Positions 28,126-37,868 of a stretch of 64,000 nucleotides of DNA are shown here, one piece after another. The notes below the pieces were generated by a model. That model searched no databases. It saw only the letters and a program-made list of their open reading frames with translations, and was not told the DNA's origin. Both the position numbers and the translations under genes were made by a program. This DNA is from an uncultured Mollicutes bacterium (GTDB lineage: Bacteria > Bacillota_I > Bacilli_A > RFN20 > CAG-288): assembly GCA_900539865.1 (NCBI GenBank), contig UQDS01000003.1:90789-154788 (forward strand), given 5' to 3'. Numbering within the stretch: the first letter of the stretch is position 1; each line of letters opens with the position of its first letter.

Positions 28126-31100
28126 CTACTTGTTATCGTTCGTACGGAAAATGAAGTTATAAACAGAGTACTTTCCGTTGAAATGATAAATTTCCGAGAA
28201 ACTATAGCTATGACCGATGGCGGAATCTTTCAAAGCAGAACTATCCAATGGTAATTTATCAATGATGGAGGGACCGATATGCAAACTCTTTTTAATTGTA
28301 GAATTGATGATTGGTGTGAGAATGAAATCATACTGTAACGCCTTCATTTCAATGTTCTTACTGGCAAGAATCAACTGTTCAAAGTTCATATGTCGCAAGG
28401 AAAGCGGAACTTCTAACTGGTTCAAAACGATGTAAGCATTAAACTCATCCGCGAATTTTTTCTTCATCGCAAAGCGATAAGTGTTCAACAATACAGCATA
28501 GTTTAACGCCTCTTTATATGCGCCTTCTGCCTGACCATCGAAAGTGAGGAAGACATAGCCGTTTTTACCATATGTTGTCTTCATTTCTAAGAAGGAGCGA
28601 GGGCAAGTTCTTTGCGCTGTGCGATCGATCAAATCATAGAAAAGCTTTTCTTTCGTATTGTCAGAACCGTCTTCTTTTGAGCTTGTGCATTTGACAAAGA
28701 TATAAATCAATTTCGTAGTCTTCTTTTCGTTTCTCTTTGCCACTTCTAAAGCTTCTGCAGTGTTATAAGGATCGGTGATAAAGTCATCAGAAACAATTTG
28801 GAAGCCCTTAGCATCTTCTACGATATTAAATTCTTTTCCATTAGTAGAGAAGGACTCTTCTTTCATATCTTGTAAAGATAAAAGATTTCCGATAACAACA
28901 TTATTTTTGTTTTCTTCATAACGTGGATTGATAACACGATAATTCCATCCATAATCACTATTTTTAATATTGAATTCTTTCTTTCTGATCAAGCGGCCTG
29001 CAAAATCAGTGACAAAGTCTTTCTCTTCTCCGATGATTTCATCCCAATAATCATATGCTTTCGCTTCGTTTTTGATCTCTTCATCAACATAAGAAACATC
29101 GCTTTGTCCGAGTTCTTCTACCTCGTTATCCGCAAGATTTAAATCATATACTTTTTCATTGTCTTTTCTAACCCAAGTGGTATGACTTAAAAGTGCTTCT
29201 TCGATATTATTTGTCTCTAATGCAAGAGCGTTTTCCGAAAGATAAGAAGTCATCTCATTATAGAAATTCAAATCTCCGCCCAAAGAGACATAAATCAATT
29301 TCATTTCTAAAGCCTTGTTTTTCTTTTGAGTTGTCTCTAATTCTTCTTCTGTTCTTGTCACTTTTTCTTTTAAGGTGACAAGTTCTTCTCCTAAGGACTT
29401 GTTTTCCGATAAGGAACTTTCATTCGCTAAGCGGATAGCAGCGAATTCTTTTTCATATTCTTCTAACTTCAATCCTTCTTGCGCAGATTTGCTTTCCAAC
29501 GCCTGCTTTTCTTCTTTCAATTGTTCTAATTCTTGTTGTTGTTCTTCTTTTAAAGAAGAAAGTTCACTTACTTGTGAAGTTAAAACTTCTAAATTTTCTT
29601 TCAATTGGGCATTTTCATGAGAAAATTCATTGCGTTCAAAAGCGATGCTATCAAAGCGTTCACTCGCTAATTTATCTTCTTCTTCCTCTCTTGCTTTTTC
29701 TTCTAAGAGAGCAGTCTTTTCCGCTTCTAACGCTTCTTTTGTTTGCTTGAGTGTTTCCAATTCCTTCAGCAATTCTTCTCTTTGTGTTTCTTGTGCTTTC
29801 TCTTTTAACAAAACTTGTTGTTCTCTCTCTGAAATTAAAACATTCAAAGAAGAAATTGTGTCGCGAAGTGTATTTTCGTCGTTTTCACAATTTTCCAATT
29901 TTTCTTTTTGCTCTTTCAATTCTTGAGCCATTTTTTCTAATTGCAATGTTTGTTCTTGAAGTTGTTGTTTCAGTTTTTCAGTTTCTTCTTCTTTCTCATT
30001 TAAAGAAGCCTCTTTCAAAGTTAACACTTCTTCTTGATTCTTTTCTAAAAGTAAAACTTTGTGCATGTAATCTTCTTTTTGAAGAGAAAGTGCATCTTTT
30101 TCATCGGTTAAAGTCTCCACCTTCATCTTCCAATCCGTGATTTCTTGCGATAAGTTTTCCTTCTCGTTCACAACATTTTGATAAGAACTCTTACATTCTG
30201 CTAACTGAGAAGACAATTCTTCTACCTGTTTATTTAAACGATTGATCTCTGTCTCATCGTTGATTGATTTCGCCATCAACGTTTCCGCTTTTGCTTTATA
30301 GGAATCCAATAGACCATCCAATTCAAAACGATTGGCTTCGCCAAGTTCTTTCATCTGTTGATTCAATTCTTGAATCTGTTGTTTCATGTGACATTTTTCT
30401 TTCGTCACATTTTCTAAATCAACCAAAAGCTGTTCTTTCGCACCCGAAAGATTGTCTTTTGCTTGTGCTAAAGTAGCAATCAATTCTTTGGCTGAAACCA
30501 AAGAATTTCTTGTGATTCCCAACTCTGTTTTAATTTCTTCAAAAGAAGATAGCAACGATTCATAATTCGTTTTTAATTCTTCTTTTTCCTGGATGAGAAT
30601 ATTCTTTTCATCCGTCAAATCAGCAACTTTTGTAAGTAGAAGTTCTGTTTCTTCCTCTTCAGAAGATATTTCTTCCTTTTTCTCTTCGTGGACAATTTCT
30701 GTCTCTGTTTCAAAAGGATCTACAACATCGATATCAACCGATGTCACTTCTTTTTCTAATCCATCTGTCAAAATAGTCTCGTGAGATAAAGTATCTTCTT
30801 CCTCTTCTTCCGTGATTTCGACAGGTTCCCCTTCAAAAATAATATCGCTGATTTCCTTATCATCCAAAATTTCTTCTTTGTCACCTAAATCAACTTCTTC
30901 GACGACTTCTTTTTGTTCAATATTTTTCGTAACTGTTTCCGGGTTGACCTCTTTTAAGATTTTTTCATCCGAAAGAGAAGTTTCTACTTGTGAAGCATTA
31001 AAAACAGGTGCTTGATCCAAATTTTGATTATCGGCGTTTGTCTCTTCTTCAAATTCAAAACCTACCGTATTTTCCGAAAAAACTTTATCGCGGATATTTT

Positions 31101-31542
31101 TTAAATTTGGAAGAATAAAGTGCTTTGTCTGTCCATTCGTTCCATAAAGTTTTTTGTGATATGCTAAAACTTTCTCAGTATCTAAATCGTCTTTACTCGG
31201 TGTACGATCCAGAGGGTGATTGAAATCAGTGACATCATAAATTGCAAAGGTACGGAATTTTTTGCCTTTGCGAACTTCAAAAATGCCATTGCCAATTTTA
31301 AAGGACATCTTGTCTCCGCGAATATTCTTTGTAAGCATGGAACAAGGGATTAAATTATCATCCGTGATCATGCCTCCGTTTGACAAAGGCTTAATCAAAT
31401 CGATGGTCCAACCATAATTTGAATTTTCGTTTTCAAAGTCTTCTAATTTCATCGGTTGCGCTGCATAATCGTATGCTACTTGCGCTTCACCAAAATATCG
31501 TTTCCAAATTTCAATAGATTTCGTTTGCTCCATAAGAAACAC
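28126..31542 (-). CDS. giant coiled-coil protein flanked by two copies of a degenerate (His-less) HNH-like domain
   Basis: The N-terminus W..YFGE..YDYA...NYGWTIDLIKPLSNGG...DNL.PC....KN..GDK aligns to the HNH core DHIxPxSxGGxxxxxNLxxLCxxCNxxK with His replaced by Leu and the Cys residues lost. A second copy lies after the coil (DYGWNYRVINP...NNVVIGNLLSL). Between them is a roughly 600-aa E/K/L/Q heptad-rich region and an acidic tract. Confidence 0.6.
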   Translation of the reverse strand: MFLMEQTKSIEIWKRYFGEAQVAYDYAAQPMKLEDFENENSNYGWTIDLIKPLSNGGMITDDNLIPCSMLTKNIRGDKMSFKIGNGIFEVRKGKKFRTFAIYDVTDFNHPLDRTPSKDDLDTEKVLAYHKKLYGTNGQTKHFILPNLKNIRDKVFSENTVGFEFEEETNADNQNLDQAPVFNASQVETSLSDEKILKEVNPETVTKNIEQKEVVEEVDLGDKEEILDDKEISDIIFEGEPVEITEEEEEDTLSHETILTDGLEKEVTSVDIDVVDPFETETEIVHEEKKEEISSEEEETELLLTKVADLTDEKNILIQEKEELKTNYESLLSSFEEIKTELGITRNSLVSAKELIATLAQAKDNLSGAKEQLLVDLENVTKEKCHMKQQIQELNQQMKELGEANRFELDGLLDSYKAKAETLMAKSINDETEINRLNKQVEELSSQLAECKSSYQNVVNEKENLSQEITDWKMKVETLTDEKDALSLQKEDYMHKVLLLEKNQEEVLTLKEASLNEKEEETEKLKQQLQEQTLQLEKMAQELKEQKEKLENCENDENTLRDTISSLNVLISEREQQVLLKEKAQETQREELLKELETLKQTKEALEAEKTALLEEKAREEEEDKLASERFDSIAFERNEFSHENAQLKENLEVLTSQVSELSSLKEEQQQELEQLKEEKQALESKSAQEGLKLEEYEKEFAAIRLANESSLSENKSLGEELVTLKEKVTRTEEELETTQKKNKALEMKLIYVSLGGDLNFYNEMTSYLSENALALETNNIEEALLSHTTWVRKDNEKVYDLNLADNEVEELGQSDVSYVDEEIKNEAKAYDYWDEIIGEEKDFVTDFAGRLIRKKEFNIKNSDYGWNYRVINPRYEENKNNVVIGNLLSLQDMKEESFSTNGKEFNIVEDAKGFQIVSDDFITDPYNTAEALEVAKRNEKKTTKLIYIFVKCTSSKEDGSDNTKEKLFYDLIDRTAQRTCPRSFLEMKTTYGKNGYVFLTFDGQAEGAYKEALNYAVLLNTYRFAMKKKFADEFNAYIVLNQLEVPLSLRHMNFEQLILASKNIEMKALQYDFILTPIINSTIKKSLHIGPSIIDKLPLDSSALKDSAIGHSYSFSEIYHFNGKYSVYNFIFRTNDNK

Positions 31543-31662
31543 TCCTTATAATCGCTTACTAAAATTATAGCAATTTATATATATATTTGGCACTAAATTT
31601 CTCTTTTTCTTTCTAAATTCTACCTTTTAATCATTTTCTTGAAATTGATTTTTTATGCTTTC

Positions 31663-31702
31663 AAAAAAAACGATATGTCTTCTTTGACAAAAACATATCG
31701 TT
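31663..31702 (-). terminator. rho-independent terminator of the GH2 gene
   Basis: The hairpin aacgatatg...catatcgtt is preceded on the plus strand by A8, which is the T8 on the minus strand. Confidence 0.6.
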
Positions 31703-31739
31703 GTTTTCTATTCAATTATGACTTTTTAATTTCTTTCGA

Positions 31740-33509
31740 TCAAAACATATCTGCAAACGCTTGATATAAAGTCGCATTAAGCTCTTGCATCTTTTTCACA
31801 TCAACTTTGCACTCACTTCTCGTAAGATCATATAAACCACAATATTCCGTCTCAACATCAGCAATTTGTGTATAGATGAAACCAGATAATCCTCTATCCT
31901 TTATTTGTGGTAGCAAGTCTTTTAAATAGAGCTTTTCAATTTTCTTCATCAACTTTTGTTTGCTTTTTACTTTACCATGTCCTGAGATTTTATCATAAGG
32001 AGCATTTTCAGGCTTTTTGCTTACTCCACCGCACTCCGAAATGATATAGCAGTGATGATATCTATTTTTTCTCTTCATCTTCGGACAATAATACGTATGA
32101 ATAGAGAAGAAATCTGATTTTTCCGCTTCATACCATCCTGACGTTGTATCGATCAATTGACAATCTTTAATTTCTTTTTTAAGTTGCTCATACATATGAG
32201 AAGCGTCAAACTGTCCCCATCCTTCGTTGAAGATTGTATAAATGATAATAGATGGGTGAGATGACAAGCGCTGAGAACACCCTTTCATCATTTGGATAAA
32301 CTCTTCTTTTCCTCTCTCGTTTGTTCTTCCTAATTGTTTTTCATTTGTCTTCTTTTCATCATTCAAACACGGAAAGACAACAGGTTTTGCAACATTGATC
32401 AAAGGAACTTTATCCCCACCGTTTGGAAAATCTTGTATCAATAGCATTCCTAACTTATCCGCATAATAATAAAATATTTCCGGTAAGATGGTGACATGAA
32501 CTCTCAAACAATTAAAACCCATTTCTTTGGCTATTACAATATCGCGTTCATACTCTTTGGCGCGCACCGGTGTCAAATTGTTATACCCGTAATATCCTTG
32601 ATCTAAAAGTCCCGAGAGAAAGAGTGGTTTTCCGTTCAGATACATGTAAGAACGACCGTCTTTTTCTCTTGTTTCAATCTGGCGAAAAGCAAAGTAGGAG
32701 CTCACTTCATCCAATCCCGGAATTTCGATCTTGCAATCATATAAATAGGGATCTTCTATCGACCAATAATGAATTTCATCTAACGTTAGTTCTGACCATT
32801 GATTTGATACAATTTCATAACTCTTTTCTCGCACATAAAATTTCAATGTCGTTTTATTTTTTGTCTCCACATATACGCAAAGCTTTTTTAATTTATGATC
32901 TACATCATATCGAACTGACTTTATATAATTTTCCTCTACAGATTCCATCCAAACAGGACGGAAAATACCTGTCGTAGTAGTGTAAGTGAAATACTTTGGC
33001 TGTAAAGATTGTTTTCCGCGGCTTAAATCATTTTGATCACTCCGGTCTCTAACCCTGATTACAAGATCAAACATCTTCGGTGTTTTATCGCTTAAAACAA
33101 CGTCAAATCCTTCATACATACCAACATGAGTAAGGACTTCTTTGCGGTCGATAAAGACAGTTGCTTCTTGATCAACGCCTTCAAAATGAATGATGATTTC
33201 CTTCTTTTTAAAGTTATCTGGAAGCATGACAATACGATGATAAAAAATATAATCTCCCGGTTCTGGCAACACTTTAACTCCGCTGTCTAACGCTTCTAAA
33301 GGAAATGGTACTTGAACTTTTTTATCATAACTGCGAGGAAGTTCTTTACTCTTACTGATGGATAAATCCCACAATCCATGTAAAGATACAAAAGAATCGC
33401 GAACCATCTGCGGACGAGGATACTCCGAAAGAGGTAATTCCTCATAGACGTTCATCTTTCCTGAAAAAAGATATCCCTGATTGATTCCATTTTGTTTAAT
33501 TGCTCTCAT
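31740..33509 (-). CDS. glycoside hydrolase family 2 (beta-galactosidase/beta-glucuronidase-like)
   Basis: It has a GH2 sugar-binding N-domain and a TIM-barrel region (NCLRVH..., ISECGG), and is 589 aa long. Confidence 0.75.
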   Translation of the reverse strand: MRAIKQNGINQGYLFSGKMNVYEELPLSEYPRPQMVRDSFVSLHGLWDLSISKSKELPRSYDKKVQVPFPLEALDSGVKVLPEPGDYIFYHRIVMLPDNFKKKEIIIHFEGVDQEATVFIDRKEVLTHVGMYEGFDVVLSDKTPKMFDLVIRVRDRSDQNDLSRGKQSLQPKYFTYTTTTGIFRPVWMESVEENYIKSVRYDVDHKLKKLCVYVETKNKTTLKFYVREKSYEIVSNQWSELTLDEIHYWSIEDPYLYDCKIEIPGLDEVSSYFAFRQIETREKDGRSYMYLNGKPLFLSGLLDQGYYGYNNLTPVRAKEYERDIVIAKEMGFNCLRVHVTILPEIFYYYADKLGMLLIQDFPNGGDKVPLINVAKPVVFPCLNDEKKTNEKQLGRTNERGKEEFIQMMKGCSQRLSSHPSIIIYTIFNEGWGQFDASHMYEQLKKEIKDCQLIDTTSGWYEAEKSDFFSIHTYYCPKMKRKNRYHHCYIISECGGVSKKPENAPYDKISGHGKVKSKQKLMKKIEKLYLKDLLPQIKDRGLSGFIYTQIADVETEYCGLYDLTRSECKVDVKKMQELNATLYQAFADMF

Positions 33510-33585
33510 AACTTTTCCTTTCTAGGCTTTGTTGCTATGCTTTTTTATTCTAGCAGTTTATCCGTCAAATGTGTCATCCTTAGCA

Positions 33586-33615
33586 TGATAAAAATGGCTA
33601 TCAAACGATAGCCAT
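33586..33615 (-). terminator. hairpin/terminator between MFS symporter and GH2 genes
   Basis: The hairpin atggctatc-aaac-gatagccat is followed on the minus strand by ttttatc. Confidence 0.45.
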
Positions 33616-33626
33616 TCATTTATTTG

Positions 33627-35135
33627 TCATTCTTCTTTTTGTTCTAAATCTACCTTTTGAATTTCTTTTTCTTGCATCTTCGCAAGGATTTCTTGTTCGT
33701 AAGCTTCTTGCTTCTTTTGATGTTCTATCGCCAACATCTCTTTATTGTGATTCCATTCTTTACCATGAAGAGGATAAAACCACATCGCGACAAAAGATAA
33801 TACTAAGAGGATACCTGTGATCAACATCCAACAAATAAAGAGACCATTTTTTGCACTATCCGGTTGACCGACCCAATCAGTGACACCATCGATTTTCTTA
33901 TCCGGTTGGAAGTTGAAAAAGCTTGTCATCATCCAGGGGAAGATCGCTTGTGCAATTGCACCAGCAGGTTTCGTGATCAAGGAGTTAATACCGGCATAAA
34001 CACCTTCTCTGCGCGCTCCGTTATCTAACTCATCCTTGTCCATGACATCGCCATTGACCATCGGAACCAAATATAGACCGCCGGAGAAACCGATACCGAT
34101 TAAGAAAAAGCTAAGGAGAAGAACATAGAAATACATTCCTAAGAAGGAAGAGAGAAGACAACCAGCTCCCATACAACCGACACAGATGAGGGTATTTACT
34201 CTTGTTCCTAATTTATCACGCATGAATACAAAGAAGAGAATTCCAGCGACAGCGCCGACGATTAAAGCGCCATATAAGATCAATATAGAAGTGGATCCCA
34301 TCCATCCGTTGATTCCAGCCATGGCGTCGTTTGCCCACATACCTTGCACATAAGTAAGACCGATCATCAAAGCGTTTTGAGCAAAGATGACAGTCCAAGA
34401 GAGCACTTCAAAATAGAGGAATGATTTATTTTTAATACACATCTTTAAACCTTCCCAGAAGCGGGGCTGTTTTTCCTCTACGACATAATCGTTTTCTTTA
34501 TAAAAGAATGTAGAAACAAAGATGACAATACCACAAATGATGCCGGCTGCCGCCATAATCCAAGGGAAAACCGCAGATTGTTCTTCGATGAGTTTATCGA
34601 GATAAGAATTGAGAACCATAGGAGCACCAAAAGAGATTAATGAGAATCCAATGTTCCATAAAAATATTTTATTTCTAGCTTTATTCGTTACCGCCATTTC
34701 GTAAGGCATGACATAAATTGCTGATGCTATAGCTGTGTAGACAATATCGAATAAAAACAGTGCTAACAGCTCTTGGAAGAAAAGAAACCAATTGTTTCCT
34801 TGCATGCTAGGAAAACTGATCCATGTGAGAGCAAAGAAGAGTGCAATCAGCGGTGCACCATAACGAATCCACGGTCTTCTTCTTCCTAACTTCGAGTGTG
34901 TTCTATCCGCTAAGAAGCCGTAGATTGGGTCGTTGATGGCATTCCAAATACCAAAGAGAATCCAAGATACTGCGTTGAATTTCGGATCTAATCCCAAGTG
35001 ATTGACAAAGAAATAAGTAACTGCACTTCCTTCAGCAAAAGCGACAAGTAGTCCGGTAAAGGCATTCGCAGCTCCGAGCCATGCAGCCGATGATGTCTTT
35101 ACCTTCTCCACATATTGCGGTTTATCATACTCCAT
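33627..35135 (-). CDS. MFS glycoside-pentoside-hexuronide (GPH) family sugar:cation symporter
   Basis: It has 12-TM topology with the GPH-type N-terminus (DRTHSKLGRRRPW). It lies adjacent to the GH2 gene. Confidence 0.75.
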   Translation of the reverse strand: MEYDKPQYVEKVKTSSAAWLGAANAFTGLLVAFAEGSAVTYFFVNHLGLDPKFNAVSWILFGIWNAINDPIYGFLADRTHSKLGRRRPWIRYGAPLIALFFALTWISFPSMQGNNWFLFFQELLALFLFDIVYTAIASAIYVMPYEMAVTNKARNKIFLWNIGFSLISFGAPMVLNSYLDKLIEEQSAVFPWIMAAAGIICGIVIFVSTFFYKENDYVVEEKQPRFWEGLKMCIKNKSFLYFEVLSWTVIFAQNALMIGLTYVQGMWANDAMAGINGWMGSTSILILYGALIVGAVAGILFFVFMRDKLGTRVNTLICVGCMGAGCLLSSFLGMYFYVLLLSFFLIGIGFSGGLYLVPMVNGDVMDKDELDNGARREGVYAGINSLITKPAGAIAQAIFPWMMTSFFNFQPDKKIDGVTDWVGQPDSAKNGLFICWMLITGILLVLSFVAMWFYPLHGKEWNHNKEMLAIEHQKKQEAYEQEILAKMQEKEIQKVDLEQKEE

Positions 35136-35156
35136 AAAAATTCTCCTTTTCTTGCA

Positions 35157-36077
35157 TTATATCTGCGCGATTTTTCTTAAAAAACTCTTCACAACTTCTT
35201 CGTATTTCTGCGGGTGTTTTTCTAAAGATTTTGCATGTCGTGCTCCCTCAAAGAAATGCAATTCTTTATAACCTTTTTCTTTGGCATCATAGAGATGCTG
35301 ACATTGAATAAACGGAACAAAATCATCTTCATGACCTGTCGTTAATAAAAGTGGAATATCACTCTCTTTCACATATTTTTCAGGATTGACATCATCGATG
35401 TGATAGCCGTGTTTTCGTTTGATGATATGATCGATAGGTTTGAGTAAAAACTGAGGCATGTACATTGTTTTTAACTTATATGAGAACAATTCTCTTAAAG
35501 AAGAGTAGGGACAATCCGCATGGACAAACTCTAGCGGATCATGATATTTAAGAACTTGTAAGACAGTAGCTCCTCCCATGCTTTCCCCCATGATTCCAAG
35601 TTGAATATCTGCGCCGTATTTCTCGTAGATAAAGCGGATAATACAATGAAGGTCTTCTGCTTCTTTATATCCCATTGTCACATCATTGTGAATGTTTTCT
35701 CCATGGCTTCTCTCATCGTAAAGAACAATGCTATAACCAAGTCTTTGATAAATCTGCGCATACTTGAGTTGTCCTTCTCTTGTCCATGTATAGCCGTGAG
35801 CGAAAATGACAAATTTTTTTAAGTTATTTCTAGTGATATCTCCGTGAATAATATATCCGTCCGGCATTTGGAATTCGACCTTAATTCTCTCCATCTGATC
35901 CACATCAGGAAGCAGTCCTTTCTTTTTATCTACGGACAGTGCTGTCTCATTGTCATAGCGGCGTGGATAAGACAAATAATGAACCAAAATATAAGGAAGA
36001 ATAAAGTAAAGAAGCAAAATAAAAAGGCTCAAAGATAAAATGACCAAAAGCAAAATATAATACCAAGCCATATCCAC
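35157..36077 (-). CDS. membrane-anchored alpha/beta hydrolase
   Basis: It has an N-terminal TM helix, the GxSxG nucleophile elbow (GESMGG) and C-terminal Asp/His residues. Confidence 0.7.
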   Translation of the reverse strand: MDMAWYYILLLVILSLSLFILLLYFILPYILVHYLSYPRRYDNETALSVDKKKGLLPDVDQMERIKVEFQMPDGYIIHGDITRNNLKKFVIFAHGYTWTREGQLKYAQIYQRLGYSIVLYDERSHGENIHNDVTMGYKEAEDLHCIIRFIYEKYGADIQLGIMGESMGGATVLQVLKYHDPLEFVHADCPYSSLRELFSYKLKTMYMPQFLLKPIDHIIKRKHGYHIDDVNPEKYVKESDIPLLLTTGHEDDFVPFIQCQHLYDAKEKGYKELHFFEGARHAKSLEKHPQKYEEVVKSFLRKIAQI

Positions 36078-36153
36078 TCCTTTACAAACTCATTTTAAAC
36101 AAAAGCTTCTTTCATTTTAAATCGCAATTCTACTGATAGCAATCATTTATAAA

Positions 36154-36228
36154 TAAAAAAACAGTCCGGTGGAAGTTTCCCTAAGAGTTCAACCTCTTAA
36201 TCAGGGAAAACTACCGACACGGACTGTT
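36154..36228 (-). terminator. long compound hairpin terminator after dnaN
   Basis: The nested stems acagtccg...cggactgt, agtttccct...agggaaact and aagag...ctctt are preceded on the plus strand by A7, which is the T-run on the minus strand. Confidence 0.55.
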
Positions 36229-36242
36229 TTAAATCGATTATT

Positions 36243-37397
36243 TTAATAGCTCGACATTCTGATTGGAGTGATGATTTGATGGTTTTCAGGATCATCATTT
36301 TTCGCCATGAACATCTTTGTCGGCGAAGTGAAAACAAGTGTGAATTTATCAGACTTTAAAGCTTTGACAGCAGCTGTGACAAAATCGATATTAAAGGCGA
36401 TTTCAAAAATGCTTGCTCCTTCCGGAAGAGTAGCTACTGCTTCTTTCAACTTTTCTTGAGAATTACCATAGTTTGTACTTCTAGCAGAGAGTGTGACAGT
36501 ACCATCGCTGGTCAAAGAAAGTTTTACTTGCGAATTCTTATCTTCCGCAGAAGAAATAATTTTAACGCGCTCTGCCGCTTTCAAAAACTCTTCGGTTGTC
36601 ATCGATACGCTGTAGGGGAATGCAGGCGGAATCAAACGGTCGATAGAAGGGAAGTCACCATGTAAAAGACGAGTGGAAATCATGACAGAGTCAGAGACAA
36701 AGAGCGCTCTTTGTTCATCTAAATAGATGGTGCATTCTCCCGTTTCTGAAATACGAGTGACCATATCAAGAGACTTAACAGGACAAGTGAAAACAAAGTT
36801 TACATCCTGACTCGGTTCCGGAAGTGCTAATGAAGCCATGCGGAAGGAATCAGTTGCTAAGAAGACTAATTTACCGCCGATTGCGCGTACATTGATGCCT
36901 TGATAAAGTTCCTTCGGTCCTTTGATAGCAACAGCATAAGAAGTGGTGTCAAAGAGAATTTTGATATCTTTTAAAGGAACTTTGAAACCCTGTGTATCTT
37001 CCGGGATGTTAAGATTGACATCCGGATATTCTTCGCCTGCCTTTGTAACAAGATTGAAATCAGAAATTTCATCCGAAATATTTAAAAGACCGGTATCCAC
37101 CATTTCAAGAGTGACAATTTCACCGCCCAACTTACTGATCATATCTAAAAGTAAACGTGCCGGTGTCTGAATAAAGCCAGGTTCGATAGAGAAAATGATA
37201 TCATTTCCCTTTTCATCTTTCATGTTTTGGGTGACTTTAGTCGAGATAGAACCATCCGAAGCGATAACGCTGACGAAATCTACTCCTACTTCAATAAGAT
37301 AGTTCATGTATTGACTTTCTGCAGTCTTAGCGGGAATCGCTTGAGATGCGAAAGTGAGAAGTTTTAAAAAGTCTACTCTTTTGATGGTAAGTTTCAT
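36243..37397 (-). CDS. dnaN: DNA polymerase III beta sliding clamp
   Basis: It has three-domain clamp architecture, is 384 aa long and lies immediately downstream of dnaA. Confidence 0.9.
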   Translation of the reverse strand: MKLTIKRVDFLKLLTFASQAIPAKTAESQYMNYLIEVGVDFVSVIASDGSISTKVTQNMKDEKGNDIIFSIEPGFIQTPARLLLDMISKLGGEIVTLEMVDTGLLNISDEISDFNLVTKAGEEYPDVNLNIPEDTQGFKVPLKDIKILFDTTSYAVAIKGPKELYQGINVRAIGGKLVFLATDSFRMASLALPEPSQDVNFVFTCPVKSLDMVTRISETGECTIYLDEQRALFVSDSVMISTRLLHGDFPSIDRLIPPAFPYSVSMTTEEFLKAAERVKIISSAEDKNSQVKLSLTSDGTVTLSARSTNYGNSQEKLKEAVATLPEGASIFEIAFNIDFVTAAVKALKSDKFTLVFTSPTKMFMAKNDDPENHQIITPIRMSSY

Positions 37398-37868
37398 AAG
37401 GGAATACTCCTTTTCTCTTGCAAATATATCGATTTGAAAAAATATATTTTGCTAAATTAATATATATTTATATATATATTATTATACCACTTTTATACAG
37501 AATAATAAAGCGATATCCGCAGTGTTTCCTAGATTGTTATAGCAAAAAAAAAATGTTTTTTTATAAAAATTTTTTATTAATTTTTTATTAATAATAATTT
37601 AACATATTATTCTTATTATTATAGGCCGGTGGAGATGTGGATAAGTTGCTGTTTTTTATATTTTTTTTAAAATATTTTTTTGCTTAAAACACCTATATTG
37701 TCGGCAAATATGAGAAAATAAATCCAGTTATTATTTTTATTATATTTTGATGATTTAAGGTGGGTTAATAGTGGTGTTACTGGGATAACTTTTTTCTTTT
37801 GTGGATAACTTTTTCAATTGTTTTCAAACATTTAAAATTGAGAAATAAAAAAAGGAACCGAAGTTCCT
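37398..37868. promoter_or_regulatory. oriC part 2: dnaA-dnaN intergenic with DnaA boxes and AT-rich unwinding region
   Basis: Perfect TGTGGATAA boxes lie at 37636-37644 and 37800-37808, with a near-box at 37782-37789. Long A/T tracts run from 37540 to 37700. Confidence 0.7.

Noticed and set aside
29193-30140. Series of Ser/Leu/Phe-rich plus-strand ORFs
   Set aside because: They are antisense to the coiled-coil (GAA/AAG-rich) region of the 1138-aa gene and are compositional artefacts.
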